Counted from the stretch's first letter, positions 25,192 through 33,765 are shown. The stretch: 34,359 nucleotides of DNA from Natrialbaceae archaeon (GCA_003552885.1 PUPA01000169.1:1-34359); one strand, 5' to 3'. Translations and numbers: made by a program. The notes: a model not told the origin generated them from the sequence alone.

Positions 25192-25473
25192 TCATCGGGT
25201 CGAGCCCGAGAGCCGGGCGAAGCCGACGACCGCGGCGAACACGAGCCCGAGGATCGCCGAGTGGGCCATGTGGATGAGCCAGCCGAGCTCGCCGGCCGGT
25301 CCCTCGATCCCGTACATCACCGGGATCGCCATCTCCAAAACGTTCGTCGTCATCGCCGTCATCAGCAGGCCGAAGACGACGCCGCCAGCGAGTCCGCCGG
25401 CGACGCCCGCTTTCCAGTTTCCGGGTAGCCCGTCCGTCCCGACTCCGTCGGTAGTCCGCGTTTCGGTCGACAT
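25192..25473 (-). CDS. Small membrane protein, possibly truncated or split (see findings)
   Basis: 93 aa with an ATG start and two or three hydrophobic helices ('GGLAGGVVFGLLMTAM', 'HSAILGLVFAAVVGF'). Its TGA overlaps, as ATGA, the ATG of a 23-codon ORF (25124-25195) that encodes one more helix. Confidence 0.55.
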   Translation of the reverse strand: MSTETRTTDGVGTDGLPGNWKAGVAGGLAGGVVFGLLMTAMTTNVLEMAIPVMYGIEGPAGELGWLIHMAHSAILGLVFAAVVGFARLSGSTR

Positions 25474-25619
25474 ACGGTAGCCACGTCGACCGCCCGCGTA
25501 GAGTCGGTATTCCGGTCGTGCGATCGACTCACACTTCCGCCGAGCCCTCGGTCTCCTGGCGCTCAGCTCTCACTTCCGCCGATCCGTCCGCTCCCCACCG
25601 GTTCGGCCGACTTCCGGAG

Positions 25620-25655
25620 ACGTGGGCCGTCGGGTATACGTGGGCCGTCGGATAA
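25620..25655. repeat. 18-bp tandem duplication
   Basis: Units 'acgtgggccgtcgggtat' (25620-25637) and 'acgtgggccgtcggataa' (25638-25655). Confidence 0.8.
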
Positions 25656-25668
25656 GGATTCGGCCGTA

Positions 25669-26469
25669 TCAGGCCTCGACCGCCAGCCCGGCGACCTCGA
25701 GGGCCTCGTCGACCTCGGAGTCGTCGTGGATCACGGCGGAGACCGCCCGGGCGATCGCCTCGGGGTCGTCGTGCTGGAAGATCGACCGGCCCATCGAGAC
25801 GCCGGCGCCGCCGGCGTCTACCGCCCCGCGGACCATCCCGACCGTCTCCCTGTCGGTGCCCTTCGAGCCGCCGGCGATCACGACCGGGAGCCGGGTGGAG
25901 TCGATCACGTGTTCGAAGCTCTCCGCGTCCCCGCTGTAGCCGGTCTTCACGAGGTCGGCGCCGGCCTCCTCGGCCAGCCGGACGGCGTGACCGAGCGCCT
26001 CGGGATCGGTGCCGTCGACGCCGGGGCCACGGGCGTAGGCCATCGCGAGCACGGGGATGCCGTACCGGCCGGCGTCGGCGGTCAGCGCGGCCAGATCCTC
26101 GAGCTGGCCCGGTTCGTACGTCGAGCCGACGTTTATGTGCAAGGAGACGGCGTCGGCGCCGGCGCGGATCGCCTCCTCGACCGTACAGGTCAGCCGTTTG
26201 TCGTTCTCTTCGGGGCCGATCGTCGTCGAGGCGTTGACGTGGACGATGTAGCCCTTGCCGTTTTTGTTCGGGTGGACCCGCGGGGCGATGCCCTTCTGTG
26301 TGAGGACGGCGTCGGCCCCGCCACGTGTCACCCCGTCGATCGTCGACTCGATCTCCTTGAGCCCCGTCACCGCCCCCATCGTGATCCCGTGGTCCATCGG
26401 GACGATGAGATAGCGGCCGTCGGTGCCGATCCTGTCGAGGCGTGCGTCGATTCCGGTGGTGGCGGTCAT
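25669..26469 (-). CDS. DhnA-type class I aldolase; probable 2-amino-3,7-dideoxy-D-threo-hept-6-ulosonate (ADH) synthase of the archaeal shikimate route, or a class I FBP aldolase
   Basis: 266 aa from ATG 26469. 'YLIVPMDHG', 'DAVLTQKG' and 'DLVKTGYSG' (Schiff-base Lys region) are DhnA/FbaB-family features. It lies 25 nt downstream of trpA on the same strand. The sequence alone does not settle between ADH synthase and FBA. Confidence 0.75.
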   Translation of the reverse strand: MTATTGIDARLDRIGTDGRYLIVPMDHGITMGAVTGLKEIESTIDGVTRGGADAVLTQKGIAPRVHPNKNGKGYIVHVNASTTIGPEENDKRLTCTVEEAIRAGADAVSLHINVGSTYEPGQLEDLAALTADAGRYGIPVLAMAYARGPGVDGTDPEALGHAVRLAEEAGADLVKTGYSGDAESFEHVIDSTRLPVVIAGGSKGTDRETVGMVRGAVDAGGAGVSMGRSIFQHDDPEAIARAVSAVIHDDSEVDEALEVAGLAVEA

Positions 26470-26494
26470 GTGCGAGGTAGTAGCAAGCTTCCTG

Positions 26495-27355
26495 TTAAGG
26501 CTGTTCCGCTTCGGGTTCGGACGCCCCATGGAGCGCGCCGCGTTTCAGCTCCCGGGCGCGTTCTTCGAGGGTCGCCGCGGTCTCTGCGGTCGGCCGTCCC
26601 TCCTCGACGCCCTCGGCGACGACGTCGACCAGGGCGCTGCCGACGATGATTCCGTCGGCGCCGGCGCGGACGATCCGCGCTGCGTGCTCGCCCGTCTTGA
26701 TCCCGAAGCCGACGGCTTTGGGGACCTCCCAGTCGGCGATCCGTTCGAGGCTCGACTCGGTCCGATCGGAGACCTCCTCGCGGGCGCCGGTCGTCCCCAG
26801 TCGGGCCTGGACGTAGACGTAGCCGGAGATCAGCTCGTGGGTTCGCGCCAGCCGCTCCCCGCGGGTGGTCGGCGCGACGATGAAGATCAGATCGAGGCCG
26901 AACTCGTCACACGCCGCCCGCAGCGGGCCGGCCTCCTCGGCCGGCAGGTCCGGCACGACGAAGCCGGCGATCCCGGCCTCGGCGGCGCGCTCGACGAACG
27001 GCCGGGGACCCTCCTCGGTGCCGTACTGGTAGAGCAGGTTGTAGTAGGTCATACAGACCAGCGGCACGTCGACGTCGAGTGCCTCGACGAACGTAAAGAA
27101 GCGTTCGGGACCCATCCCCGCCTCGAGCGAGCGGACGATCGCACTCTGGATCGTCGGCCCCTCGGCGATCGGCTCGGAGAACGGGAGGCCGAGCTCGATG
27201 ACGTCCGCGCCGCCGCGGGCGAGCGCCTCGACGTACTGTAGTGAGCCCTCGTAGTCGGGGTCGCCGGCGACGAGGTAGGGGACGAACGCCGGCCCGTCGG
27301 CGAACGCGGCCGCGAGACCGTCCGTCGGTCCCCCACGGGGCGGCGATCCGCTCAT
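26495..27355 (-). CDS. trpA: Tryptophan synthase alpha chain
   Basis: 286 aa. '[11 protein letters not shown]', '[22 protein letters not shown]' and 'GFGI' are present. Its ATG overlaps the trpB TGA (ATGA). Confidence 0.92.
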   Translation of the reverse strand: MSGSPPRGGPTDGLAAAFADGPAFVPYLVAGDPDYEGSLQYVEALARGGADVIELGLPFSEPIAEGPTIQSAIVRSLEAGMGPERFFTFVEALDVDVPLVCMTYYNLLYQYGTEEGPRPFVERAAEAGIAGFVVPDLPAEEAGPLRAACDEFGLDLIFIVAPTTRGERLARTHELISGYVYVQARLGTTGAREEVSDRTESSLERIADWEVPKAVGFGIKTGEHAARIVRAGADGIIVGSALVDVVAEGVEEGRPTAETAATLEERARELKRGALHGASEPEAEQP

Positions 27356-28590
27356 CGCAGCCCTCCGTCGAAGACGGACATCTCGGGTGCGGCCTCGATC
27401 CCCCGCGTTTCCGTCTCCTCGATCACCGTCTCCAGATCCTTATCGCCGCGCCCCGAGACGTTGACGATCACGACCTCCCCGAGCTCGGCGGCGGCCCCTT
27501 CGAGGTACGCGAACGCGTGGGCGGTCTCGAGTGCGGGGATGATGCCCTCCTGGGTCGAGAGCCGGTGGAACGCCTCCAGGGCCGCGTCGTCGTCGACGTT
27601 CACGGGGGTCACCCGACCCTCGTCGACGAGGTAGGCCAGCTCCGGGCCGACGCCGGCGTAGTCGAGGCCGGCGGAGACGCTGTGAGACTCCATGATCTGG
27701 CCGTCGGAGTCCTGGAGCAAGCGCGTGCGCGCGCCGTGGAGGACGCCCTCCGCGCCGGTCGACAGCGAGGCGGAGTTCGGGGCGACGCCTGTGTCCTCGT
27801 CTACCTCGAGGCTCGAGCCGCCGGCCTCGACGGCGTAAAGCGAGACGTCGGCGTCGGGGACGAACTCGTGGAACATCCCCATCGTGTTCGAGCCGCCACC
27901 GGCACAGGCGACGACCGAGTCGGGGAGCCCGCCGGTCCGCTCGCGGATCTGCTCGCGGGCCTCCTCGCTGATGATCGCCTGGAAGTCCCGGACCATCCGG
28001 GGGAACGGCGACGGACCGACGACGCTCCCGATCACGTAGTGGCTGTCTTCGACCGTCCGGGACCAGTCGCGCATCGTCTCCGAGATGGCCTCTTTGAGGG
28101 TCCCACGACCGATATCGACCGGGTTCACCTCGGCGCCGTTTATCCGCATCCGGAAGACGTTCGGCCGCTGGCGGTTGACGTCCGTCCGACCCATGTAGAT
28201 CTCACAGGGCATCCCGAGGTGGGCCGCCGCCATCGCCGTCGCGGTGCCGTGTTGGCCCGCACCGGTCTCGGCGATGATCCGCTCTTTGCCCATGTACTTC
28301 GCGAGCAGCACCTGTCCGAGGGCGTTGTTGAGCTTGTGAGCGCCGCCGTGGAGGAGGTCCTCGCGTTTGAGATACACCTCCCGGCCGTACCGGTCGCTCA
28401 GCCGATCGGCCCGCCCGAGGGGCGTCGGCCGGCCGCCGAAGTCCCGGATCCGCTCGCGGAACTCGTCGAGAAAGCCGTCCTCGTTGCCGAGGACGTACCG
28501 CTCGTAGGCGTCCTCTAGCTCCTCGAGTGCCGGCATCAACGCCTCGGGAACGTACTGTCCACCGTACCGTCCGAACTGTGTGTCACTCAT
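27352..28590 (-). CDS. trpB: Tryptophan synthase beta chain
   Basis: 412 aa from ATG 28590. '[11 protein letters not shown]', '[15 protein letters not shown]' (PLP lysine) and 'ETGAGQHG' are present. The upstream track extension is Arg-rich and overlaps trpC. Confidence 0.93.
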   Translation of the reverse strand: MSDTQFGRYGGQYVPEALMPALEELEDAYERYVLGNEDGFLDEFRERIRDFGGRPTPLGRADRLSDRYGREVYLKREDLLHGGAHKLNNALGQVLLAKYMGKERIIAETGAGQHGTATAMAAAHLGMPCEIYMGRTDVNRQRPNVFRMRINGAEVNPVDIGRGTLKEAISETMRDWSRTVEDSHYVIGSVVGPSPFPRMVRDFQAIISEEAREQIRERTGGLPDSVVACAGGGSNTMGMFHEFVPDADVSLYAVEAGGSSLEVDEDTGVAPNSASLSTGAEGVLHGARTRLLQDSDGQIMESHSVSAGLDYAGVGPELAYLVDEGRVTPVNVDDDAALEAFHRLSTQEGIIPALETAHAFAYLEGAAAELGEVVIVNVSGRGDKDLETVIEETETRGIEAAPEMSVFDGGLR

Positions 28591-29393
28591 GTTCGTGTCT
28601 CCTCCGTGTCCGATGCGGATGTATCTTCGGCGTCCGCCTCGACCAGCCGCCGCGTGTTCGCCTCGACGTCGCCGTCTCCGCCGTGGTCCATGATCGCACT
28701 CCCCACGAGCAGGCCGTCGGCGCCCGCGGCTCGCATCCGGCGGACGTCCGCGGGCGTTCCGATCCCGCTCTCGGCGATCAGGGTCACCCGATCGGGCACC
28801 TCGGGCGCGACCCGCTCGAACGTGTGGAGGTCGACCTCCAGGCGCGCGAGGTCGCGGTTGTTCACCCCGACGAGCGTCGCGTCGGCCGCGAGCGCGGCCG
28901 CCAGCTCCTCGCGGTCGTGGACCTCGACCAACGGCTGGAACCCCCGCTCGCGGGCGGCCGCCACGAGCCCCTCGAGGTCGTCGACGAAGCGTGCGATCAG
29001 CAGTACGGCGTCGGCTGCGACGACGTCGAGCTGTTCTTCCCGGAGGAGGAAATCCTTCCGGAGGACGGGGACGTCGACGGCCTCCCGGACCCGTTCGAGC
29101 GCCTCCGGGGAGCCACCGAAGTGGGTCGGCTCGGTGAGCACCGAGATCGCAGCCGCCCCGCCGGCGACCATCGCTTCGGCGAGTTCGACGGGGTCGTCCT
29201 CGCGGCGCCCGTCGCTCGTCGGGCTCGTCGGCTTCACCTCCGCGATCAGCGGCACCCGGCCCTCCGTGGCCGCGTCCGCGAGCGCGTCGGGCAGCGGTCG
29301 TGGGTCGACGGAGACGGGCTCCCCGCCGGCTCTCTCCCGGGCGGCCTCGAGGATCGCCGCCACGGCGGGCGCGAGCTCCGGTGTCTGGTCCAT
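28587..29393 (-). CDS. trpC: Indole-3-glycerol-phosphate synthase
   Basis: 268 aa. '[11 protein letters not shown]', '[13 protein letters not shown]', 'VPVLRKDF' and 'GVNNRDL' are present. Its TGA overlaps the trpB ATG (ATGA). Confidence 0.9.
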   Translation of the reverse strand: MDQTPELAPAVAAILEAARERAGGEPVSVDPRPLPDALADAATEGRVPLIAEVKPTSPTSDGRREDDPVELAEAMVAGGAAAISVLTEPTHFGGSPEALERVREAVDVPVLRKDFLLREEQLDVVAADAVLLIARFVDDLEGLVAAARERGFQPLVEVHDREELAAALAADATLVGVNNRDLARLEVDLHTFERVAPEVPDRVTLIAESGIGTPADVRRMRAAGADGLLVGSAIMDHGGDGDVEANTRRLVEADAEDTSASDTEETRT

Positions 29394-29396
29394 TGT

Positions 29397-29422
29397 TGTA
29401 CATCGACGTACTCATATGTACA
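29397..29422. promoter_or_regulatory. Two TGTACA palindromes 20 bp apart, with a GTAC between them, on the trpC promoter/TSS
   Basis: TGTACA at 29397-29402 and 29417-29422, and GTAC at 29408-29411, so the GTAC cores start at 29398, 29408 and 29418. The second box sits in the TATA-like 'TTATGTACATAT' about 25-34 nt upstream of the trpC ATG (29393). The first sits at the predicted transcription start. Confidence 0.6.
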
Positions 29423-29481
29423 TAAGGTTTGCGCCATCCGACGGAGGTGTATTCAAGTCGCCGGCAGACCAGTCGGTCCGT

Positions 29482-29952
29482 ATGGAGACACAGACCGACG
29501 CCGGTATCTACGCGCGTGAATCGGCGTACCTGGGGCGGTTCGTCCAGCTGGGGGTCGCGGGCGGACGGGTGTTGCGCGTCTCGTTTCCCGAGCGGCCCGA
29601 ACCGGAGGCGAGCGGGGAGCATCCGCTCCTCGATCGGCTCTTTACGTACCTCGACGGCGTCGAGCCGGTCGGCTTCGAGGACGTGACGGTCGCGCTGACG
29701 TTGCCGACCGACCGGCGGACGGTCCTCGAGAGGGTCCGGACGATCCCGTACGGCGAGAGCGCCGGTGTGCGGGAGGTCGCGGCGACGACCGCCGGTCTCG
29801 ATCCGGAGGACGAAGACGACCTCACCCTCGTCCGGAGCGCGCTCGCGGAGAACCCGGCGCCGATCCTGATCGCCGACCACCGCGTCCGGGACGGACCGAG
29901 CGCCGCCCCGCCGGCGGTCGAACAGCGCCTCCGCTCGCTCGAGGGGCTCTGA
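29482..29952 (+). CDS. MGMT/Ogt-fold protein lacking the catalytic cysteine (alkyltransferase-like)
   Basis: 156 aa from ATG 29482. 'IPYGES..VREVA' and '[12 protein letters not shown]' align with the Ogt motifs 'SYGES..YGELA' and 'NPVPVVVPCHRV'. An Asp codon (29875-29877) replaces the acceptor Cys. The upstream track extension is Ser/Arg-rich and antisense to trpC. Confidence 0.75.
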   Translation: METQTDAGIYARESAYLGRFVQLGVAGGRVLRVSFPERPEPEASGEHPLLDRLFTYLDGVEPVGFEDVTVALTLPTDRRTVLERVRTIPYGESAGVREVAATTAGLDPEDEDDLTLVRSALAENPAPILIADHRVRDGPSAAPPAVEQRLRSLEGL

Positions 29953-29961
29953 ACGGGTGGC

Positions 29962-30192
29962 TCAATCGATCCGGACGATCCGCGTCGAGCCGGTCCGGGG
30001 GTCGATGTGGACGTTCCAGACGCCCGCCTGCGTCTCCGCGGGGACGATCCAGGTCCCGCGGGTCCGTCGGGGGGTCGCCGTGACGATCGATTCACAGCCG
30101 GCGTCGTCGAGCGCGTCGTACGCCGTGACGGCCGCCGACTCGTGTTCTGTCACGCGGTCGGATTCGCTCGAAGGGGTTATTCGGTCGAACAT
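29962..30192 (-). CDS. Small acidic hypothetical protein
   Basis: 76 aa with an ATG start, high third-position GC and acidic composition. 'GAAATACA' lies about 25-30 nt upstream of the ATG, consistent with a leaderless transcript. I recognise no motif. Confidence 0.45.
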   Translation of the reverse strand: MFDRITPSSESDRVTEHESAAVTAYDALDDAGCESIVTATPRRTRGTWIVPAETQAGVWNVHIDPRTGSTRIVRID

Positions 30193-30301
30193 GTGTCGGG
30201 GTTCGGTCCGTGTCAGTGTATTTCAGGGGTGTGGTTCTCGGTCGCCGGGAACGGCCGCCCGGTCGCCGCGGTGTCTCCGACGGGGTTCGCGTCCGTGGCG
30301 G

Positions 30302-30613
30302 CTAGCCCATCTTGAACGTGACGCCGGCGCCCGTCTCGGGGTACTCCCAGACGACGTTGTCGTACGTGCAGGCGAACCGACAGCTCGAACACTCGAGGCA
30401 GTTCTCGTAGGCGATGTGGGGGACGCCGTCGTCGCCCTCCCGCCAGACGTTCGCCGGACACACCGAGACGCAGTCGTTCGTCGTACACCGCGCACAGACG
30501 TCGGGAACTTTCACGTCCAGGTGGGACTCACCCGGGTCCTGGTACTTGACGGTGTACAGCCTGTCTTCGATCGAGTCGTTCGTGATCTGGGGTACGTCGG
30601 GTTGTGCGCTCAT
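30302..30613 (-). CDS. fixX: Ferredoxin-like protein FixX
   Basis: 103 aa. The Cys pattern 'C..C....C...CP' and 'C..C..C' and the size are typical of FixX. It follows fixC after a 1-nt gap. Confidence 0.85.
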   Translation of the reverse strand: MSAQPDVPQITNDSIEDRLYTVKYQDPGESHLDVKVPDVCARCTTNDCVSVCPANVWREGDDGVPHIAYENCLECSSCRFACTYDNVVWEYPETGAGVTFKMG

Positions 30614-30614
30614 C

Positions 30615-31982
30615 TCAGGTCACCACCTTGCGGTATCGCAGGGCCAGCTTCGCCAGCCCCCGCCAGCCGCCGAGGGCGTCGACGACGGCCCGTTTCGCAC
30701 GGCTCGCGTGTTCTGCTTTCGGCTCTCTGTCCATCCGGAAGTACTCCGCGCCGGCGTCGGCGAACGCCGTCGGCATCGTCTCGAACAGCAGTTCGCGGTC
30801 CTCCTCGACGGTCTCCTGTAGCCAGGCGTACCGCTCTAGGTTCTTCACGACGAACGACTCCTCCAGGGCCCGACCGTAGGCCTCGAGGGCGTCGGCGTCG
30901 GTGCGACCGCGGGCGTTCGCGTCGGCGATCACCCTGCCGGCGTGGTAGCCGCTCTCGACGGCCATGTTCGTCCCCTCGAGGTGGACGCCGTTGTTGAGCA
31001 CCAGCCCGGCGGCGTCGCCGACGATCACCGCGCCGTCGTGAGCCAGGTCGGGGACGCTCTCGGCGCCACCCTCGGGGATGGTCTTCGCGCTGTACTCGAC
31101 CGTCCGCGCGTCGCGCAACAGCGGCGCGACCCGCGGGTGGGATTTGAACAGGTTCAGCGTCTCCTCGGGGCTCTGGTCGTTCGCCGCGGCGTCCTCGAGC
31201 CGGTAGGCGACGCCGACGCTGACCGTGTCGCCGTTCGTGTAGATGAAGCCGCCGCCGAAGGCCTCGCCGACGGCCCCCTCCCCGAAGTAGTGATAGGAGA
31301 CCCCGGCGTCGCCGAACAGCCGGAACCGGTCTTCGATCACGTTCTCCCCGTTCGGGAACTCGAGGACCTCCTTGGCCGCCACCGCGACGTTCTCGCGGGA
31401 CTCGGTGGCTTTGAGGTTCGCCCCCTCGCCGACCAGCGAGTTCGCCCCCTCCGCGAGGACGACGTACGGCGCCTCGACCCCGCCGTCCGGGCGGTCAGTC
31501 TCGACGCCGACGACCTCCCGACCCTCCCGGAGCAGCCCCGTCACCGTCGTCTCGGTGACGAGCGTCGCGCCGGCGTCGACGGCCTGCTCTGCGAACCACT
31601 CGTCGAACTCCCCACGGAGCACGGTGTAAGAGTCGTTGTGTGGCTCCCGGCGCCACTCGCCGGGGCTGATCGAGAGGGCCGTCTCGTCGTCGTGGCTCAG
31701 CATACTGAACCGTTTCTCGGCGACGTACCGCTCTAGGGGAGCGTCCTCGAGGTCGACCAGTTCGCGGATCGTCGGCGTGTAGAGGACGCCACCGAAGACG
31801 TTTTTCGCCCCGGGCGAGGAGCCACGCTCGATCAACAACACCTCGAGACCCCGGTCGGCCATCGTCAACGCCGCGGCGCTGCCGGCCAGCCCCGCGCCGA
31901 CGACGACGGCGTCGAACTCGCCGTCGTAGTTCGGCTCCTCGATCGCCGCGTCGCCCACACGACCGTCGAGTATCGCGCTCAT
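30615..31982 (-). CDS. fixC: Electron-transfer flavoprotein-quinone oxidoreductase FixC (FAD-dependent)
   Basis: 455 aa. 'FDAVVVGAGLAGSAAA' is the FAD dinucleotide-binding motif. Its ATG overlaps the etfA/fixB TGA (ATGA). Confidence 0.85.
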   Translation of the reverse strand: MSAILDGRVGDAAIEEPNYDGEFDAVVVGAGLAGSAAALTMADRGLEVLLIERGSSPGAKNVFGGVLYTPTIRELVDLEDAPLERYVAEKRFSMLSHDDETALSISPGEWRREPHNDSYTVLRGEFDEWFAEQAVDAGATLVTETTVTGLLREGREVVGVETDRPDGGVEAPYVVLAEGANSLVGEGANLKATESRENVAVAAKEVLEFPNGENVIEDRFRLFGDAGVSYHYFGEGAVGEAFGGGFIYTNGDTVSVGVAYRLEDAAANDQSPEETLNLFKSHPRVAPLLRDARTVEYSAKTIPEGGAESVPDLAHDGAVIVGDAAGLVLNNGVHLEGTNMAVESGYHAGRVIADANARGRTDADALEAYGRALEESFVVKNLERYAWLQETVEEDRELLFETMPTAFADAGAEYFRMDREPKAEHASRAKRAVVDALGGWRGLAKLALRYRKVVT

Positions 31983-32992
31983 CGGGTCACCTCCATCGGT
32001 TTGCCGTCGGCCAGTTTCTCCGCGAGCTCCGGACAGACCGCCGCGAAGTCGCCGACGTAGCCGTAGTCGGCGTGCTCGAAGATCGGTGCGTTCGGGTCGT
32101 TGTTGATCGCGATCACGGTTCCGCTGTTGTTCATCCCCTCTAAGTGCTGGATCGCGCCGCTGATGCCGACGGCGACGTACAGCTCCGGCCGGACGGTCTT
32201 GCCCGTCTGGCCGACCTGTCGGGAGCCGTCGATCCAGCCCTCGTCGACCGCCGCGCGGCTCGCGGCGAGCTCGGCGTCGAGGGCCTCCGCGAGCTCGAGG
32301 GCGGGGCCGAGCTCGCCCTCGACGCCGTGGCCGACGGCGACGATCCGCTCGGCTTCGGTGATGTCGGCGGTGTCGCCGACCTCCCGTTCGAGCACCTCAC
32401 TGACCGTCTCGGCCTCTTCGACGGCGACCTCGGCGCGTTCGATCTCGCCCTCGCGATCGCGATCCGGTTCGGCGGCCTCGAAGACGCCCGGCCGGATCGT
32501 CGCCATCTGCGGGCGGTGGTCCTCACAGATGATCGTCGCGAGGATGTCCCCGCCGAAAGCGGGCCGACGTGCCTGCAGGATGCCCTCGTCGTCGACGTCG
32601 ATCTCGGTGACGTCGGCGGTGAGCCCGGCGTGGGTCGGGACGGCGACCCGGCCGGCGAAGTCCCGGCCGGTGTGGGTGCCGCCGATCAGCGCGATCGAAG
32701 GCTTGTACTCCTCGACCATCGCCCGGAACTGCGCCCCGTAGGGGTCCGCCCGGTACGGCTCGAAGACCGGATCGTCGGCGACCAGCGCGCGGTCGGCGCC
32801 GCGGGCGATCGCCTCCTCGGCGACGGCGTCGACGCCCTCGCCGATGACGAGCGCGACGAGCTCCTCGTCGGTCTTCTCGGCGAGTTTTCGCCCTTCCTCC
32901 AGGAGCTCCCAGGAGACGGGCATCACGTCGCCGGCGTGTTCCTCGACGAACACCCAGACGTCCGCGTACTCGCTCGTGTCGACGTCGGTCAT
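31979..32992 (-). CDS. fixB: Electron transfer flavoprotein alpha subunit (FixB/EtfA)
   Basis: 337 aa from ATG 32992. 'GQTGKTVRPELYVAVGISGAIQHLEGM' is the ETF-alpha FAD-binding signature. The upstream track extension is Arg-rich. Confidence 0.88.
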   Translation of the reverse strand: MTDVDTSEYADVWVFVEEHAGDVMPVSWELLEEGRKLAEKTDEELVALVIGEGVDAVAEEAIARGADRALVADDPVFEPYRADPYGAQFRAMVEEYKPSIALIGGTHTGRDFAGRVAVPTHAGLTADVTEIDVDDEGILQARRPAFGGDILATIICEDHRPQMATIRPGVFEAAEPDRDREGEIERAEVAVEEAETVSEVLEREVGDTADITEAERIVAVGHGVEGELGPALELAEALDAELAASRAAVDEGWIDGSRQVGQTGKTVRPELYVAVGISGAIQHLEGMNNSGTVIAINNDPNAPIFEHADYGYVGDFAAVCPELAEKLADGKPMEVTR

Positions 32993-33765
32993 GTCTCCAC
33001 CCCCCGTATCGGTTCGACCAGCCCGTCGACGTCGTCGACGACCTCCCCTCGCCGCTCGACGGGCTCGACGGTCTCCATCCCGCCGACGGCGGTCGGCGAC
33101 ACCGCGAGCCCGACCTCGTCGGCGATCCCGAGCTCCTCGGCCGTCAGCTGAGCGGGCTCGAAGTCGTTCTCGGCGTATATTTTGCGGTGCAGTCCCGCCG
33201 GCCGGGCCTCGAACTCGCCGTAGGCCACGGCGACGACGACCGGTAACTCGGCGGCGACCCGTTCGTGGCCGCCCTCGACGTCCCGGGTAGCGATCAGCCG
33301 GCCCCCCTCCGGGTCCGGCTCGAGCTCCTCGACGTAGGTCAGCTGCGCCCAGCCGTTGTGGGCGGCGATCCCCGGCGGAACCTGCCCCGTCGAGGAGTCG
33401 GTCGTCTCCTCGCCACAGACGACGACGTCGGCGTCGAGGGCCTCGGCCGCCCGAGCGAGCGTCAGGCTCGTCGGCCACGTGTCGCTGCCGGCGAACGCCC
33501 GGTCGGTGATGAGCACGGCGTCGTCACAGCCCATCGCGACCGCCTCCTCGAGGACGGGCGTCGCCATCGGCGGCCCCATCGTCATCGCGACCACGCGCGC
33601 GTCGACCTCGTCGGCGATCGACAGCGCCGCCTCGAGCGCGTCACGGTCCGGCGGGTTCATCACCGCCGGGGCGCTCGCTCGATCCAGTCTGCCGGTGTCG
33701 GGATCGATCCCGATCTCGTCGTCGTCAGGCACTTGCTTGACGCCGACGACGATGGTCCAGGTCAT
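32989..33765 (-). CDS. fixA: Electron transfer flavoprotein beta subunit (FixA/EtfB)
   Basis: 258 aa. 'IVVGVKQVPD' and the overall ETF-beta pattern are present. Its TGA overlaps the fixB ATG. Confidence 0.85.
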   Translation of the reverse strand: MTWTIVVGVKQVPDDDEIGIDPDTGRLDRASAPAVMNPPDRDALEAALSIADEVDARVVAMTMGPPMATPVLEEAVAMGCDDAVLITDRAFAGSDTWPTSLTLARAAEALDADVVVCGEETTDSSTGQVPPGIAAHNGWAQLTYVEELEPDPEGGRLIATRDVEGGHERVAAELPVVVAVAYGEFEARPAGLHRKIYAENDFEPAQLTAEELGIADEVGLAVSPTAVGGMETVEPVERRGEVVDDVDGLVEPIRGVET

